From Raillietiella orientalis (lineage: Eukaryota): a stretch of 64,000 bases of DNA. This document shows positions 52,560-63,880 of the stretch, in pieces (position 1 is the first letter of the stretch; the number at the start of each line of letters is the position of its first letter). The DNA lies in contig JAYWIR010000038.1 of assembly GCA_036172245.1 (NCBI GenBank), forward strand, positions 1,550,001 through 1,614,000. The letters are read 5' to 3'. The notes beneath the pieces are model-generated. The model was given only the letters and a program-made list of their open reading frames with translations, was not told where the DNA came from and did not search any database. A program made the position numbers and the translations under genes.

Positions 52560-54545
52560 CAAGCGCGGCACTCGCCTCCTTCGCGTTGGAAGCCCACTTG
52601 CGCCTTCAATCGCTCTGCTGATAGAATCTCCAAGATCCAGTGCTGTTGTGGCACGCAGCATCTTTCGCGGAAGAGGTCGACAGATCCCCCAGGAATCAGA
52701 CCCGGCCAGGAGTTTCCTGTTCCCCTCCCTCCGTCTCCGCAGAGGGAGAGGGATAGGTGAATTCTTCCTTCCCCCTTCCTCGCCGCACGTGGTTTCCGGG
52801 AAACCTCCTTCCTCCTCCGGAAGGCGATGGTGGCGCGGAAGAGCAGACCCGGGGTTCGCGAAGGGCCTGAGGAAGACGGAAAGAAAAGTAACCGGTGCTC
52901 GATGCCGGAGGATCGACACCCTCCTGTCGGAAGGCCAACGCAGGGCACTCGGGAGCACATGGCCTACTCGGGAGCCCGGCGGGCGCAGCCGGCGCAGACG
53001 CCAGCACCGACCTCCATCTCTAACCCGAAGGGCAACGGGAGCGCGAGGGAGGCGGACGCCCGCAAGTTGGAGGCTGTTGCCGTGCGCCGCCCACGAGCGG
53101 GCCCCTGCGCGTCCCCCGCAGCTAGCAAGGGGCGCGCGCAGCAAGACTGCGGAAGGCGCGCAACGAGACCTCTGGAGAGAGAGACCAGTGTCCTTGCGGG
53201 GCTTCGCCGTCGCCTGGAGGCATGCGCCAACCCCGAGCGGCGCCACCACCACGTCTGCGCGCGCGCGAGAGAGCAACAGGCGGCCGACGGAACCGAGTCG
53301 CCTGCCCTCGCACGCAGCCTTCGGAGGGGGACCTTGGAGTCGCGCCCTGTCCTTCCTGCAACCCGCCAGGAGCCGGACAAGCTGGCTCCTGCCTAGCAAC
53401 TCCGACGGTTCGTTTCCCTCGTTTTCTGCAGCGTCGAGGAGCTCCCTCCCCGGTTGCCAGCGCGACGAAACCGGAAAGCCGAAGAAAGGCCTTCTGCGGC
53501 GGCACTCGGAAGCGTCCAGGGAGCGTCCGGCGGACGGCTCGCGTGGGTGCGGGCGAGAAGCGACCGGGCCTGCGAGGAGACCTCGGCGGAGAGGAGAAAG
53601 TCCCGGGCACCTCGCGGCATTCCCACGCTAGAAAGCGGGAAAGGGATGAAGGGCGCCTCCTCTTTGCGAGCCGGGCTGCCTCTGCCCCGCGCTGCCGCAG
53701 CACGAGCGCCGGCTCTGCGGCAGCACGGCGTGGAGTCCGCGGGGGGGGGGAAGGGGAGGGGAGAGGCGGCGTCGAACCTGGATGCGACGCTGGAAGCGCG
53801 GAGGAGGCGGAGACGCTGCCCTCGGCGGATGTCTGGGCGGATGGGGAGGGGCGCCGCTGGCCTCCGGGTCTCGCCGCCCGTCGTGCAGTGCGCATGCGGG
53901 TCGGTTGGACCGGAAGTGTTCCCGGAGTCCAGGAACGCGCGTCCTCTCCTGTCGCTACCCTGGCCCAGAGAGCCAGAACGGAGGGCATGGGTTCCTCTCT
54001 CGTTTCTCATAGGAATAGCGGAGATCAGAATTGCTCCTCCTGTGAGTTTCCGACGCCCCTCCTCAGACGGATGGGTCACCTGGATGGTGGATTCATGGTG
54101 GGAGTGCTTCCCGCTCAGAGGAGGCATGCAGAGGAGAGTCGGCGACGAACCGGAAGTGTGACTTCCGAAGGGGAGTGCTGGCGGCCCAGCAAAGAGGGCT
54201 CGGTGGCACTGCACAGGAGAGGCGAACGCGTAAGTCATCTCCTCCGCTCTCCGTAGTGGCGAAAGCTGCGGAGGAGGGTGAAGAGACAGCAGGAAGTTCC
54301 TCCCTTGCTTTCCTTCGCGTGCTCCAAACCCCCGGAGCGAAGGGATGGTGGGGATTCCGCAGTTTGGGTCTGAACATGGCGGGGCGTGTTGGCCGGCATG
54401 TCGAATCTCCGAGGGATTCACGGATGGCGATGCCCGGAGGGGATGCCGGCACGCACGAAGGTTGGGGATAGGAGAACTCGTTCGAAGTCTCTGTTCCTGC
54501 CATCGCTCCTCGTTTCAGCATAGTGGGTAAGGAAATGAAATAAAG
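52560..54545 (+). mobile_element. Degenerate RLE retrotransposon containing the right IR arm
   Basis: Beyond the arm the reading continues QNCSSCEFP...QRRH (finger/RH) and PGAKGWWGF (for GALGSW), ending AAATAAA at about 54540. Confidence 0.55.
52589..53963. repeat. Right arm of ~1.38 kb near-perfect inverted repeat
   Basis: Reverse complement of 47066-48441. The ~4.1 kb spacer contains all of cuticle gene 2. Confidence 0.97.
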
Positions 54546-55228
54546 TGAGTTGGGGAAAAGCAATCTCCGGGAGTCACCGAACCCACGTCGAGGCCGTCAG
54601 CTTCCCGTTGAGGGAGGCGACCGTTCCTTTAGTCCTGTGCTACTCCACTGAGCAGGCATCAGCGGTTTCCATAGAGTTTCTTCGAGAAAGGTCGACGAGG
54701 CTCGACGAGGTCCCGGATGGATCCGAGAGATTTTTCGACGTCTGTTCTGGATGAGGCGTGTGGCGCGTTCCTTTGCTTTCCTTTGGGGGAATTTAGCGTT
54801 TCCCCGGTGACCCGTGCAAAAATCCTGCCCTGCTCCTGCTGCGCATGCCTTCAGCGTATGGCGCGTCCTTTTCGAGGGTTGCGCGACCGAACGGGAACCT
54901 ATTCTGGAATCCATCAATCTGGGGCCTCAGGGACCGCTTCGCCTTCCGCACGCCTCGCAGACGTCCGGACTACCTGGGAACGCTGCAGGCTCCTCTGGCT
55001 TCCGGCGGATGGCTCCGAAATCGTCCTCGGTCTCTGGCGAGTTATCTTCTCCACACTCTCACCGAATGCGACGAACGGTACGGGTGCAATTGGTGCGCCC
55101 GTACTCGCGACTACTCGTGGAATCAGGCGTTCCCACAGAGGTCGTTCCGCTTCCGCGGAAGATGCTGTGGGATGCTAGTCGCCCCGGCCAGCTTTCTTCT
55201 CTTATGCTGCCGCGGATTCCCCCACTTT

Positions 55229-55268
55229 GATACACACTTTGATCTTAGCCAAAAAACCGAGAAGCGAT
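55229..55268 (-). ncRNA. U2: U2 snRNA 5' fragment (about nt 1-41), truncated and non-functional
   Basis: Minus strand reads ATCGCTTCTCGGTTTTTTGGCTAAGATCAAAGTGT-GTATC, i.e. 2 substitutions and a 1-nt deletion relative to the U2 5' end. Similarity ends after GTATC. Confidence 0.88.
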
Positions 55269-56349
55269 CCGAGTGTATCCCCCGAGGAATTTCGTAAGGC
55301 CAGGCGTCCTTTCCCCTCGCTCGTGAGCAGAGATCGCATCCTCATTTACGTGCACGCGTGCGCGCTTTCTCGAGTGCTTCGCAGAAAGGAATGCCACTCT
55401 TTCAACCGCTCACTTGAAAAACCGGTTCCGGTGTTGCCAATACAACTCGCGAGTTTGTTGCCGAATCCCTCCCCCCCCCCTCCTCCCTTTGGTGAAAGAT
55501 GGCGGCAAAACCTTGACTCTCCATCGCGTCGTTTGAAAATCTCGGAATCTGGAAAAGCAAGGTCGGTAGCACAGGGAGTGCACACGGACCCGTCGAGACA
55601 GCGTCACGTGATCCTAACCTGGCGCACAGGAAAACCTCTGCACGCGGCCTTTTTTGCGAGGTCTCTTTTTTTTCGCTTCTTCTCAAAATCGAGAGCTCTC
55701 GTGCCTTGAGGGCTGAAGTACCAATCTCTTCTTTCCCCAGCGCGCAAGGACGGCGTTTTCCTCGAGCAGAAAAGTTGACAATTAGGGGAGTCCACCGAAA
55801 GTGCCTCAGGTGACCTCCGGTCACTCAACGACCAAAAGAAGGCTTTTACTGATCCGGTAGTTAGGATCAGGCTTTAATTCACGCAGCGGCGGGGCAGAGG
55901 GAGGGCGCCACCGGAAAGGCGCCGAACAGCCACGCGAGCGCCCTTCGCAGACACTTCGAGAACCCCGCGGGGCCGATGAGCAAGTCCGCTAGACTAAAGT
56001 TAGCGCTCGAGCCCGGGTGTTCCAGCAGACCTGGCCGATCGCGCGAGCACAGGAGAGTTCGGGCCTCTGTTCTCACGCAAAATGTGCAACTTTTTTACCC
56101 TGGGCGATGTGCGTTTTGCGTGTGCGCGCCTTCCTTGTGGCTTCAGCATGCCTCGAGCCATTTTAATTCATGGACGAACTGGAGAAGAGAGAGGAAAAAA
56201 AAAAAAAAAAAAATTCGGAAAAGCGTCACTCAGCTACGTGAGGCTGCCAGCCGCACGTGGCTAACCAGGTTCTTTTGCGCACCACAGACTCGGCATTGGC
56301 GGCCATCTGGCTGCGGGCTCCGCTCGAGCGGTACTGAGCGTCGCGGGTT

Positions 56350-56950
56350 CGAATCCCTCCAGGGAGACGATCGACTCCTAGCAAATGGGTGCGTCGTCGA
56401 TTGTGAGTCCTGCCTCAGGATGACGCTGGTTGGGCTCGGTTGGCTCCGGATGCAGCACTGGTGGAAGCCGCATCACCCCATTGACTGGTTGGGATTGGAA
56501 ATTGACCCTGCATGGTCCTTCCAGTACATCAAGGAGCTGATTCCTTTCAGGCCCCCCACTTGCTGTGCAAAAATGGATCCCCATCAGTGGTCAAGACAAC
56601 TCCCCTCCCTTTGAGGTGAGCTGTCTCTCCAGCTAGCAAGAAGCGCACTGCTCCCTTCGGGGAGCGTCCTTCAGAGAAATTTGGAAGTGGCCCTTCCGGG
56701 ATCCCCCCAGAGAAGAAATGAAGAGTGCTCCCCTATGGGGGCAACCCCATAAAAGTGGATGGCACCTCCGGAGGAAATCACATTCGATGTTCTTTCTCAA
56801 GCGTGAGAAAGGAATGCACTCCTTCCTCCGGAGCCTCCCTGGGTTCACAGGGTGGTTCCTACAGTTCACAGGTTGCCCCCTAAACTGAAGAGTTGAGCGC
56901 ACCCTCGAGTGGCGTGAGCGGTGTTCAGAAGAACTTCGTTAGCTCCTGCC
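56350..56950 (-). mobile_element. Degenerate RT fragment
   Basis: Weak remnants, in order, of the YADD region, QLLD..VNFQ, and HLLGV (for YLGV). Confidence 0.35.
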
Positions 56951-57499
56951 TAAGGAGGCGGACAGTTCTTCAGAGAACCAAAAGAAAAAGGGAATGCTCA
57001 AAAAAAAGAGGAAGAAGCTGCCAAAAACAGTCTTTGAGCTCTCTGAGGGGCCGATCTTAGCTAATGAGAGTTGGTCCGCCGACAACAGGACAAAAGAAGG
57101 AGGCAACTTCCGTGTTGTTCTTATGGTGCTGGCGAGATGTTCGAGGAGGAATTTGAAAAATTCACAGCAAAAAAAAAAAGGAAGATGGCGCCGACTGGCC
57201 TACGACTTGCTCGGAGCTAAACGCGCTGCACAAAAAACCCCAGGGAAAACAACAACCACCTCTTGTTCTCTCGTACGTTGCTCCTTTCCAGTGAGGGGGT
57301 CTACCAACCAATCTTTGAGATTGGGGTACATTGAGCTGCCCACACTGTCCATCCGAAGATCTGGTGGGGAGGGGGAGCGAAAGTTTCTTTCAGGGCTCAA
57401 GAGGCTCCGCTCGTAGTTGGTATAGGGAAAGAGAAAACTTCGGCATTTTAAGAACGCCGCCGACGCGATGTTGGTCGTTCTGCTGGTGGTCCAGTGACA

Positions 57500-60400
57500 C
57501 TGCGTCAAAAAAATTTCCTTTTTTTCCCCCCCCCTAACGTTCTAACGTCACTCACTTCCCGAGTTTCTCTCTTTCTTCGTTCCCATCCTGATGCACATCG
57601 GGATCCCCGACGCTGTTCCGTGGAGGTGAGACTTCGGCGATGAAAGCTGCAGTTACGAGGAAGGCTGATCGGCCGGAGGCGGCGAAACAAGGATCGCCTC
57701 AAGAAAAGACCTCGGCATCTTGGAAAACTTTCGGAGATAAGACGAACCCTCGCTGGGAAGATGGCGCGCAGCACGTGTGAAGACGGTGGATCTTCCTCGA
57801 TCTACAAAGAGCTACGGTGCGTTCTGGGTAAGAAAGGTGGTTCCAGAAGGACTCTGGGGGCTCAGGGAAGAGAGAACAACAAAAGATTCGAGAGTTAAGA
57901 TAAAGCTGGCCTTCAAGTGTCCCGAAGCGTTGAACATCAGGAAGAGTACGGAGTAGAGGAGCAACCTTCTTCCTAGCGAACCAGAGACGAAGAGTCCTCT
58001 TCCTCTGCTGCTTTTTTAAGAAGTCAAAGCACGCGCGTGTTGCAGTGGCCATCTCCTGCGCGGACGCTGCTTCATTGTGGACAGACATCCGAATCCAGCT
58101 GGTGGGCACACGCGTGCGTGAACATGGAGCCTTCCAATCAACCAGGATTGCGCAAAGGTAGCGTTCGACCTTCTAACCCTCGGGGTGGCTTTCAACGGTT
58201 TTCCTCCCCGGGGCCAAAAAATTCAGAAGCGAATTTCTGACTCTTTCAGTAAAAGCAGAACCCCGCTTGTTTCCTGACTGAAGTGCTCATGCTCGCTTCG
58301 CGGCTGGCCATCAGGAACGCCCTCTCTTGGTCATCGACATTGCGGTCGGCTGCAGGCGAGCAGGAGCTCCTCAGATTTCCTGGTGTTTTGCAAAGAAAAT
58401 GCTGACGGTGTTGAGGAAGCTGGGATGGCAGGGTGAGTTGTCGATCCAGGTCCGGGTCATGACGCAGACAAGGGGAAAAAGTCAGTCTCTTGAGGCTCCT
58501 GGTTCCAACAAAACTTCCCTGTTTTTCCCCCGCAGATTCGAAGGTGCGCAGCGCCCTCTTCAGTGGCGGTTTGTTTTGGTCAGTTCTATTTCTCGAAAAG
58601 GAAGGCCTCTCATTCCTTGGATATGACCATGGTGACTCGGATCGACTGAAGGATCGCTTGGATTGCAAGATGGAAGCGCCTGATTGTTCTGGCCGCAGTC
58701 GGCATCATTCCTTCTGTTTCTACAGGAGTTGGAGGAAACTGACACCGAGAACTTTGCCTTAGGGCTCGAGTCTTCATCCACACAAAGGAATTTCCTTATT
58801 CTCTTAACAGCCGTCCGGACCCTCTGGGGCTAAAAGACTGCTTGAAGATAGGGACAACGAGTGGTGCTGATGGTCGGAAGAAGAGTCAGTCACCACAGCA
58901 GCCAACACCCGTCCAGAGACCTAGGTGGCGGAAGGCGGCATCATCAATACAAGGTGCAGACCCTCCACTTCGTTCCAGAAGCGCGTCTTGGTGACCTCCT
59001 TGGCACCTTGCGCAGCATCAACCCTCTGAGTGCTGCAGAACGGTGTACGATGCCAGATGGGAGAGGGAGAGGGATGTTCAGTGGCTAAGTAGAACTGCGC
59101 CTCCAGGATGACCTAGGAAAAGGCTAAAGTTCCAGGGGCTGCTTTTCAGCGTCCCTTTTCCGGAGAATCCGTGTTTGTCCCCCCTGAGAAAGGTGAAGAC
59201 TTTTCTTCGAGGAGGAAAAGCGATGAAGCTGTCGTCAGAGCGGCGCCACCGTTGAGCTCGCAGAATGCACTTCCACAGGGAAAAGACGGGATTTTGACCT
59301 CTTCCTTGTGCAATGGTTCGTTTCCGGAGTTTCTTCGACTTGGTAGGGCTGGCGCATCCCACTCACCGGACTCCTGCTGGACTTGATGAGATCTTCGAAG
59401 CCAAACACATGTCAGAAACAGGAACTAGCGATCCAGGCTTAGCCATCAGCATTTTCTTTGGCCGCGAAAGGTTTCCGGGAATCCGCCGTTCTCCCTCCTG
59501 TCGCGGGAGTCCGCCGCCCTCGAAAACTCGGAGCACCCTCCATGCTCTGCAGGCGACCCTCTCAGAAATCGGATGAGCTTTCTTCTTCGGGACTGCTCTC
59601 CGCCGAACGTTCATCCTGGATGCGGGAGGGAGGAAAGACTTCCCTCTCCGGGAAGACGTGCGTCTTTCCCGGCGATCGAGACGCCTACCAGGGGGCGAAG
59701 AAGCAACCTTCCTGCTGGAGGCAAACAGAGATGGAAGGCGAGGAGGAGGAGGAGGAGGTGGTGGTGGAAAGCATTTGGATGATGATGATGTAGGCTCTTG
59801 ACCTTGGCAGCTTCCACCGAATCCAGACCATCCGCCTTCCGGTTCCTTCGCACACCGCTTCTCCTGAGTGGGCGTCCGTTCCTTCCTCTCCGTGCATTTC
59901 AGCCCCGTTTGCCTCCCTAAGTGATATTTGTTGCCACTCGCCAGAGACGGGTACGCTATCTTTCGCGTGCCACCGGTGAGTGCACTCGTGCCCGCGCGCG
60001 CTCCCGCAGGTGAAGGGAATGTGACTACTCATGCGGCGGAGTGATCGGGGTAGCCGGGGACGCGCTACGCATGCGCATGCTTACGTGATGTGGGTTACGT
60101 TCGATGGGGGCTGCCTCGAACCACTCGCGTCCGATTCGCGTGTGGACCTGAGCTGAAGGGTCGAGGTGCACGGGTCGAGGTGACCCTTCAGCTCAGGTCA
60201 TCTCGACCCGTGCACGACCACAAAATACCCTTCAGGCCAATGCGCGCGCACTCTTACGCATGCGCAGGAGCTCTCGAGAGCGCATTTGTGCAGGCAGGAC
60301 GAACGGACCTTGGCTAGCGAACAAGAACAGACCCGAAGGTTTCCCTCCCTTCTGTGTCCTCTTTGAGGAAAGGGACAGCCAGAAAGAATTGTCGAGAGCG

Positions 60401-61670
60401 ATTCCGAGAAGCGAATACGGGATCACGAGTGAGGGCACAATCTTTCAGGATTTCCCTTGGCTTCTCAAAGTGGCATATTCTCCCCTCTCCCCTCCTCCCC
60501 TTCCTTCCCCGAGCATTCTGGAACAGCAAGGCTGGCGGCGTAGCGGAAAAGGTGTTCACCTGGAAGCCTGGCACGATCCCATCTTGAGGTCGGCAGCGGC
60601 CACCACGCCGGAGAGGCTGCAAGAAGCGTTTCGGGTTCAGGGGGAATGCAGGAGCGAGGCTTCTAATTGGGAGTGCGTGCGGATTCGCACACCCTTTCCA
60701 ACGAACCAGCTCGAAAGAACACCGTCACGTTCGTTACACTCTCTCTTTTGCAGCTGCCGGCTTCAAGCTCTCAGAGACCGGGAACCATGCTTCCGAAAAT
60801 TGGCCGTCTGAAGCTGCAAGCATCGAATCGGGCCGTCGCAAACTCTCCGGGACCATTCTGTGAGCAGCGCTTGAGAAAGGAATGCAACGGACACCTTCCA
60901 CAGACCTCGGGGCGTTCACGTCCGGCATCACGCCTGAAAATCTGATCATCCCGAGCAATAGCATACGCAGCACATGCACAATAGGTCAACAAACTTTGGA
61001 CTCGTGCAAGTGCTCTGGACCCAAAAGAGCAACCGAAGGACTCTCCTCTGATGGACACCAAAGAGGTGCAAATTCACGTGTGGGGTAGATGCGCGCCCCA
61101 GTGCAAGGAAGCCCTGCATTTCTTCATCAAGCAGCACTCAGCAGCCACCACGCCTTGTATTGGACAGCATTGTACGTCCAGACGCTTCTCTTACACTGGG
61201 GACCACCTCGGCTCCCGCTTCGAACCCGCTTCTCGTGAGAGCGGCCTCCTCAAGAACGGGGACTCAATGTGCAGGAAGTGCTCGGCACTGCCTTGACTGC
61301 TCCAGCAAAGCAATCGATCCCGGCAGAAGACTTGAAACTCCGACCGGACCTGGCGATCCTCAAGGAGAGGAAATTCATCATCGAGGCTGACCGGGTTGTG
61401 AGAAGATTCGGAGGCGGTATTGAAGGAAGAGCATCAAAACAAAGAAGAGAGAGAGAGAGAGCCATTGAAACACAACTGCTTTTCTTTTTCGCCGAGAAAG
61501 GAGAGTCAGATTTGACAGGAGGTGGCTCGCCTAGAAGTGTGGGACCCAGCAGCGACCTGACTCTCAGACAACTCGGTATTCTTCGCACGTGGGCAAAAAA
61601 AGATGAAGCGGATGTTCTTCTACGCCAGCATCTGACGCATCCTGGTCACCGGACAGAATGAACTGGCTGA
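57500..61670 (+). mobile_element. Degenerate RLE non-LTR retrotransposon (RT relics plus RLE domain)
   Basis: ORF 61269..61661 contains LRPDLAILKERKFIIEAD...GGSPRSVGPSSDLTLRQLGI (RLE), preceded by the finger-like GRCAPQCKEALH. Weak RT-motif remnants lie at 58450-59300. The 5' limit is uncertain. Confidence 0.65.
60145..60215. other. Interlocked inverted repeats (A-B-A'-B')
   Basis: A = 60145-60162 and A' = 60182-60199 (18 bp, perfect). B = 60166-60179 and B' = 60202-60215 (14 bp, perfect). Confidence 0.9.
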
Positions 61671-61699
61671 CAGGAAGCTTTCGGCAGGACAGCAGACTG

Positions 61700-62410
61700 C
61701 AGTAAGTTTCCATGTGCGGTGCGCTGCGAATGGTAATCATTAGAAGACGTTCGCTTGCCTTTCCATCGGGTGTGCAACTTTGCGGAGAATTGGAACTCCT
61801 TTTTCCAAGATTCCTCTTTGCTACGCGCGCCACCCTGTCGTCTGCCACAATTGATCCGAGCCAATGAGCTTGAGCTCTACCTACCAAAGGAAGGCGATGT
61901 GAGGATGATTCGTCCAACAGAAGCAGCCCGAAAGCGGTACGAGTCCCGAAACTTCAATCCTGCAGTTTCGGGACTCGTAACGGAACGAGGTTTTCGCGCT
62001 TTGGCCAGTGCTGCACTTGGGAACCGAAGCGAGGATGAAGGTGGTCCTCGTACCGGAATGCTGGAGTTCCGAAACAGCCAACTGCAACGTCGGAAGAGGA
62101 TTTCGGAATCTGAAGAAGTGCAGGCATCCGTGAGAAACTGCCAGACGAAGTGCACTGATCCCTGTCGTTTGAGAGAACCTGTGCATCAGGATGAGAAACC
62201 CGCTTGCAGACGGCGTGTAAGCGACTTCAACGTTCGGCTTCATCCCGGCGAATGGCCCGCGCACATGGTTGGATCCCGAAACTTGTCTTTCGGCATCTTC
62301 AGCCACCCGCGGCGAAACCGTTTCGGCCGCTGTCACGTGTACGGCGTTGCCGTACACAGTGGCATCAGGCAGAACAGCTTAAGTCCTCTGCTCTTCAGAG
62401 TCGGCGCTGA
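61700..62410 (+). mobile_element. Degenerate RLE retrotransposon 3' end
   Basis: Remnants GWIPK (for GSWxPxN) and HVYGVAVHSGIRQ (for IYxEHxxGxRQ). It lies tail-to-tail with the element at 62420-63880. Confidence 0.5.
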
Positions 62411-62419
62411 GGTTTTGTT

Positions 62420-63880
62420 TATTACGACATTCTTGTTGCATTTGTACCTTATATAAAAGTTAGTTTTGCAATATGTTTGTAAAGTTCATATTTCACAGAA
62501 GTTTGAATTGTCTTTGAATACACAGCTGTTGGGGATGGAACATGAAAAGAGGGTCAGTGTATTAAAATAGCACTTAGAGGGACGTTAGCACCTGAATAGC
62601 CTCTGCTATTGGAGATGCGGAAGGATGTCCAAAAGGATGTAATCTGCTGGTGGACCTATACTGTGATGGGGGAGGACTGCTGTTTGTATTTGGGATATAG
62701 GACATAGCTCTCCATGTGTTTGGTACATATTCTCATGACAACAATTTCCTTCGAGTTTTTCTGCTGGATACGAAGAAGGGTTGGGCGTGGAGAGATGGTC
62801 GATGTATATGTCCCGGGAGAATTTTATAATTTCTGTTCATAGATGCCTAGAGATCGCGGCAATTGTTCTTTGAGAGATTGCGAGCTATTTTAGGAGCTTA
62901 TCGTTTTTGGGATCCCATGAGCCCATCTCAAATGCTTGGTTGATGGTGCGCAAGCCTTGATTCCTGAGGGCGGTCTCGATCTCCGCGTACTTCAGGATTT
63001 TCGTTTGCCTTGCATGCTGTAGCGATGATGTACGATTTTCGAAGGAGACCACAACGTCAGTGATAACAGCTGTGGGCAGATTCTGTAAAAATATGTCGGG
63101 GCGAAGAGTGGAGTTTAACACGTCTACTCGGCGATCCTTTTGGGCAACGGGCCATCGAGGGGAGAGGATCCTGAATAAGATGTCGACGACAACGCTATGT
63201 CGTTGGGTGATCATTGTCCCAAGATAAACTGGACAGCGCCACAGGACTTGAGCCTATGATTCTTCTACGTAATCACATCTCCGGCATTGCTCAATTTCAC
63301 TAGGCGCTTTCCGATTTCCGTTGAGAAAGGAGTGGTTCAAACGGGCACGGTGTACAAATCTCCAGTCTGCAAAGCGGAATGCATCACATGCTGGCAGGAA
63401 TGACATGGAGGCTCGTGGAGGGCTACACATTCTATTGTCCTACCTTGGTCTGGCTCGGCTAGAAGTGATAAGCGTTTTTGCTCTCTTAAGTGAGCACGCA
63501 TCGTTCGTGCCACTTGTCGCCACTGCGGAAAGGAGATTTTGGGGTTTTCATGTTCGAGGAAGGATAAAGAGAGCGTCGCATAATTGTCATCGAAATTCCA
63601 CGTTATGGGAAGGTGCTTCGTAGCTTCCCGGAATGTGGACCACATCGTGCGGGGATCACCACTTGGGCGGTCTAAGGGGGACGAACAGCATCCATTGAGG
63701 AACCGAGTGAACAGAACCACGTTTGGCGGCACATGAGCCTTCCTACGTACGGCGTCGAAAAGGGAGGAGAAGGAGAGATCAGTCACATGGGAATGCGGAC
63801 ACGTTAATAGTTTGAACGCAGAGTCAGCGATCCCTGCTGGTGCTTCTTCGACAAGAAGCATAAGTTCCCGAGGCATCCAT
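62420..63880 (-). mobile_element. Utopia/NeSL-like RLE non-LTR retrotransposon, 3' portion (inactivated)
   Basis: Reads DSAFKLLTCP...LLAEPDQGRTIEC, then a frameshift, then FRFADWRFVHRARLN. Next come a damaged CCHC finger CRRC-DYVEES*AQVLWRC, ITQRH, LRPDIF..ITDVVVSFENR..ARQTKILKY, GSWDPKND and SRDIYIDH. An AT-rich 3' UTR ends AATAAACAAAA near 62420. Confidence 0.9.

Noticed and set aside
47020..54421. Many long overlapping ORFs (250-414 aa) in the inverted-repeat arms
   Set aside because: Arg/Pro/Gly/Ala-rich, open in several frames on both strands and with no recognisable domain. This is expected from high GC content, not from genes.
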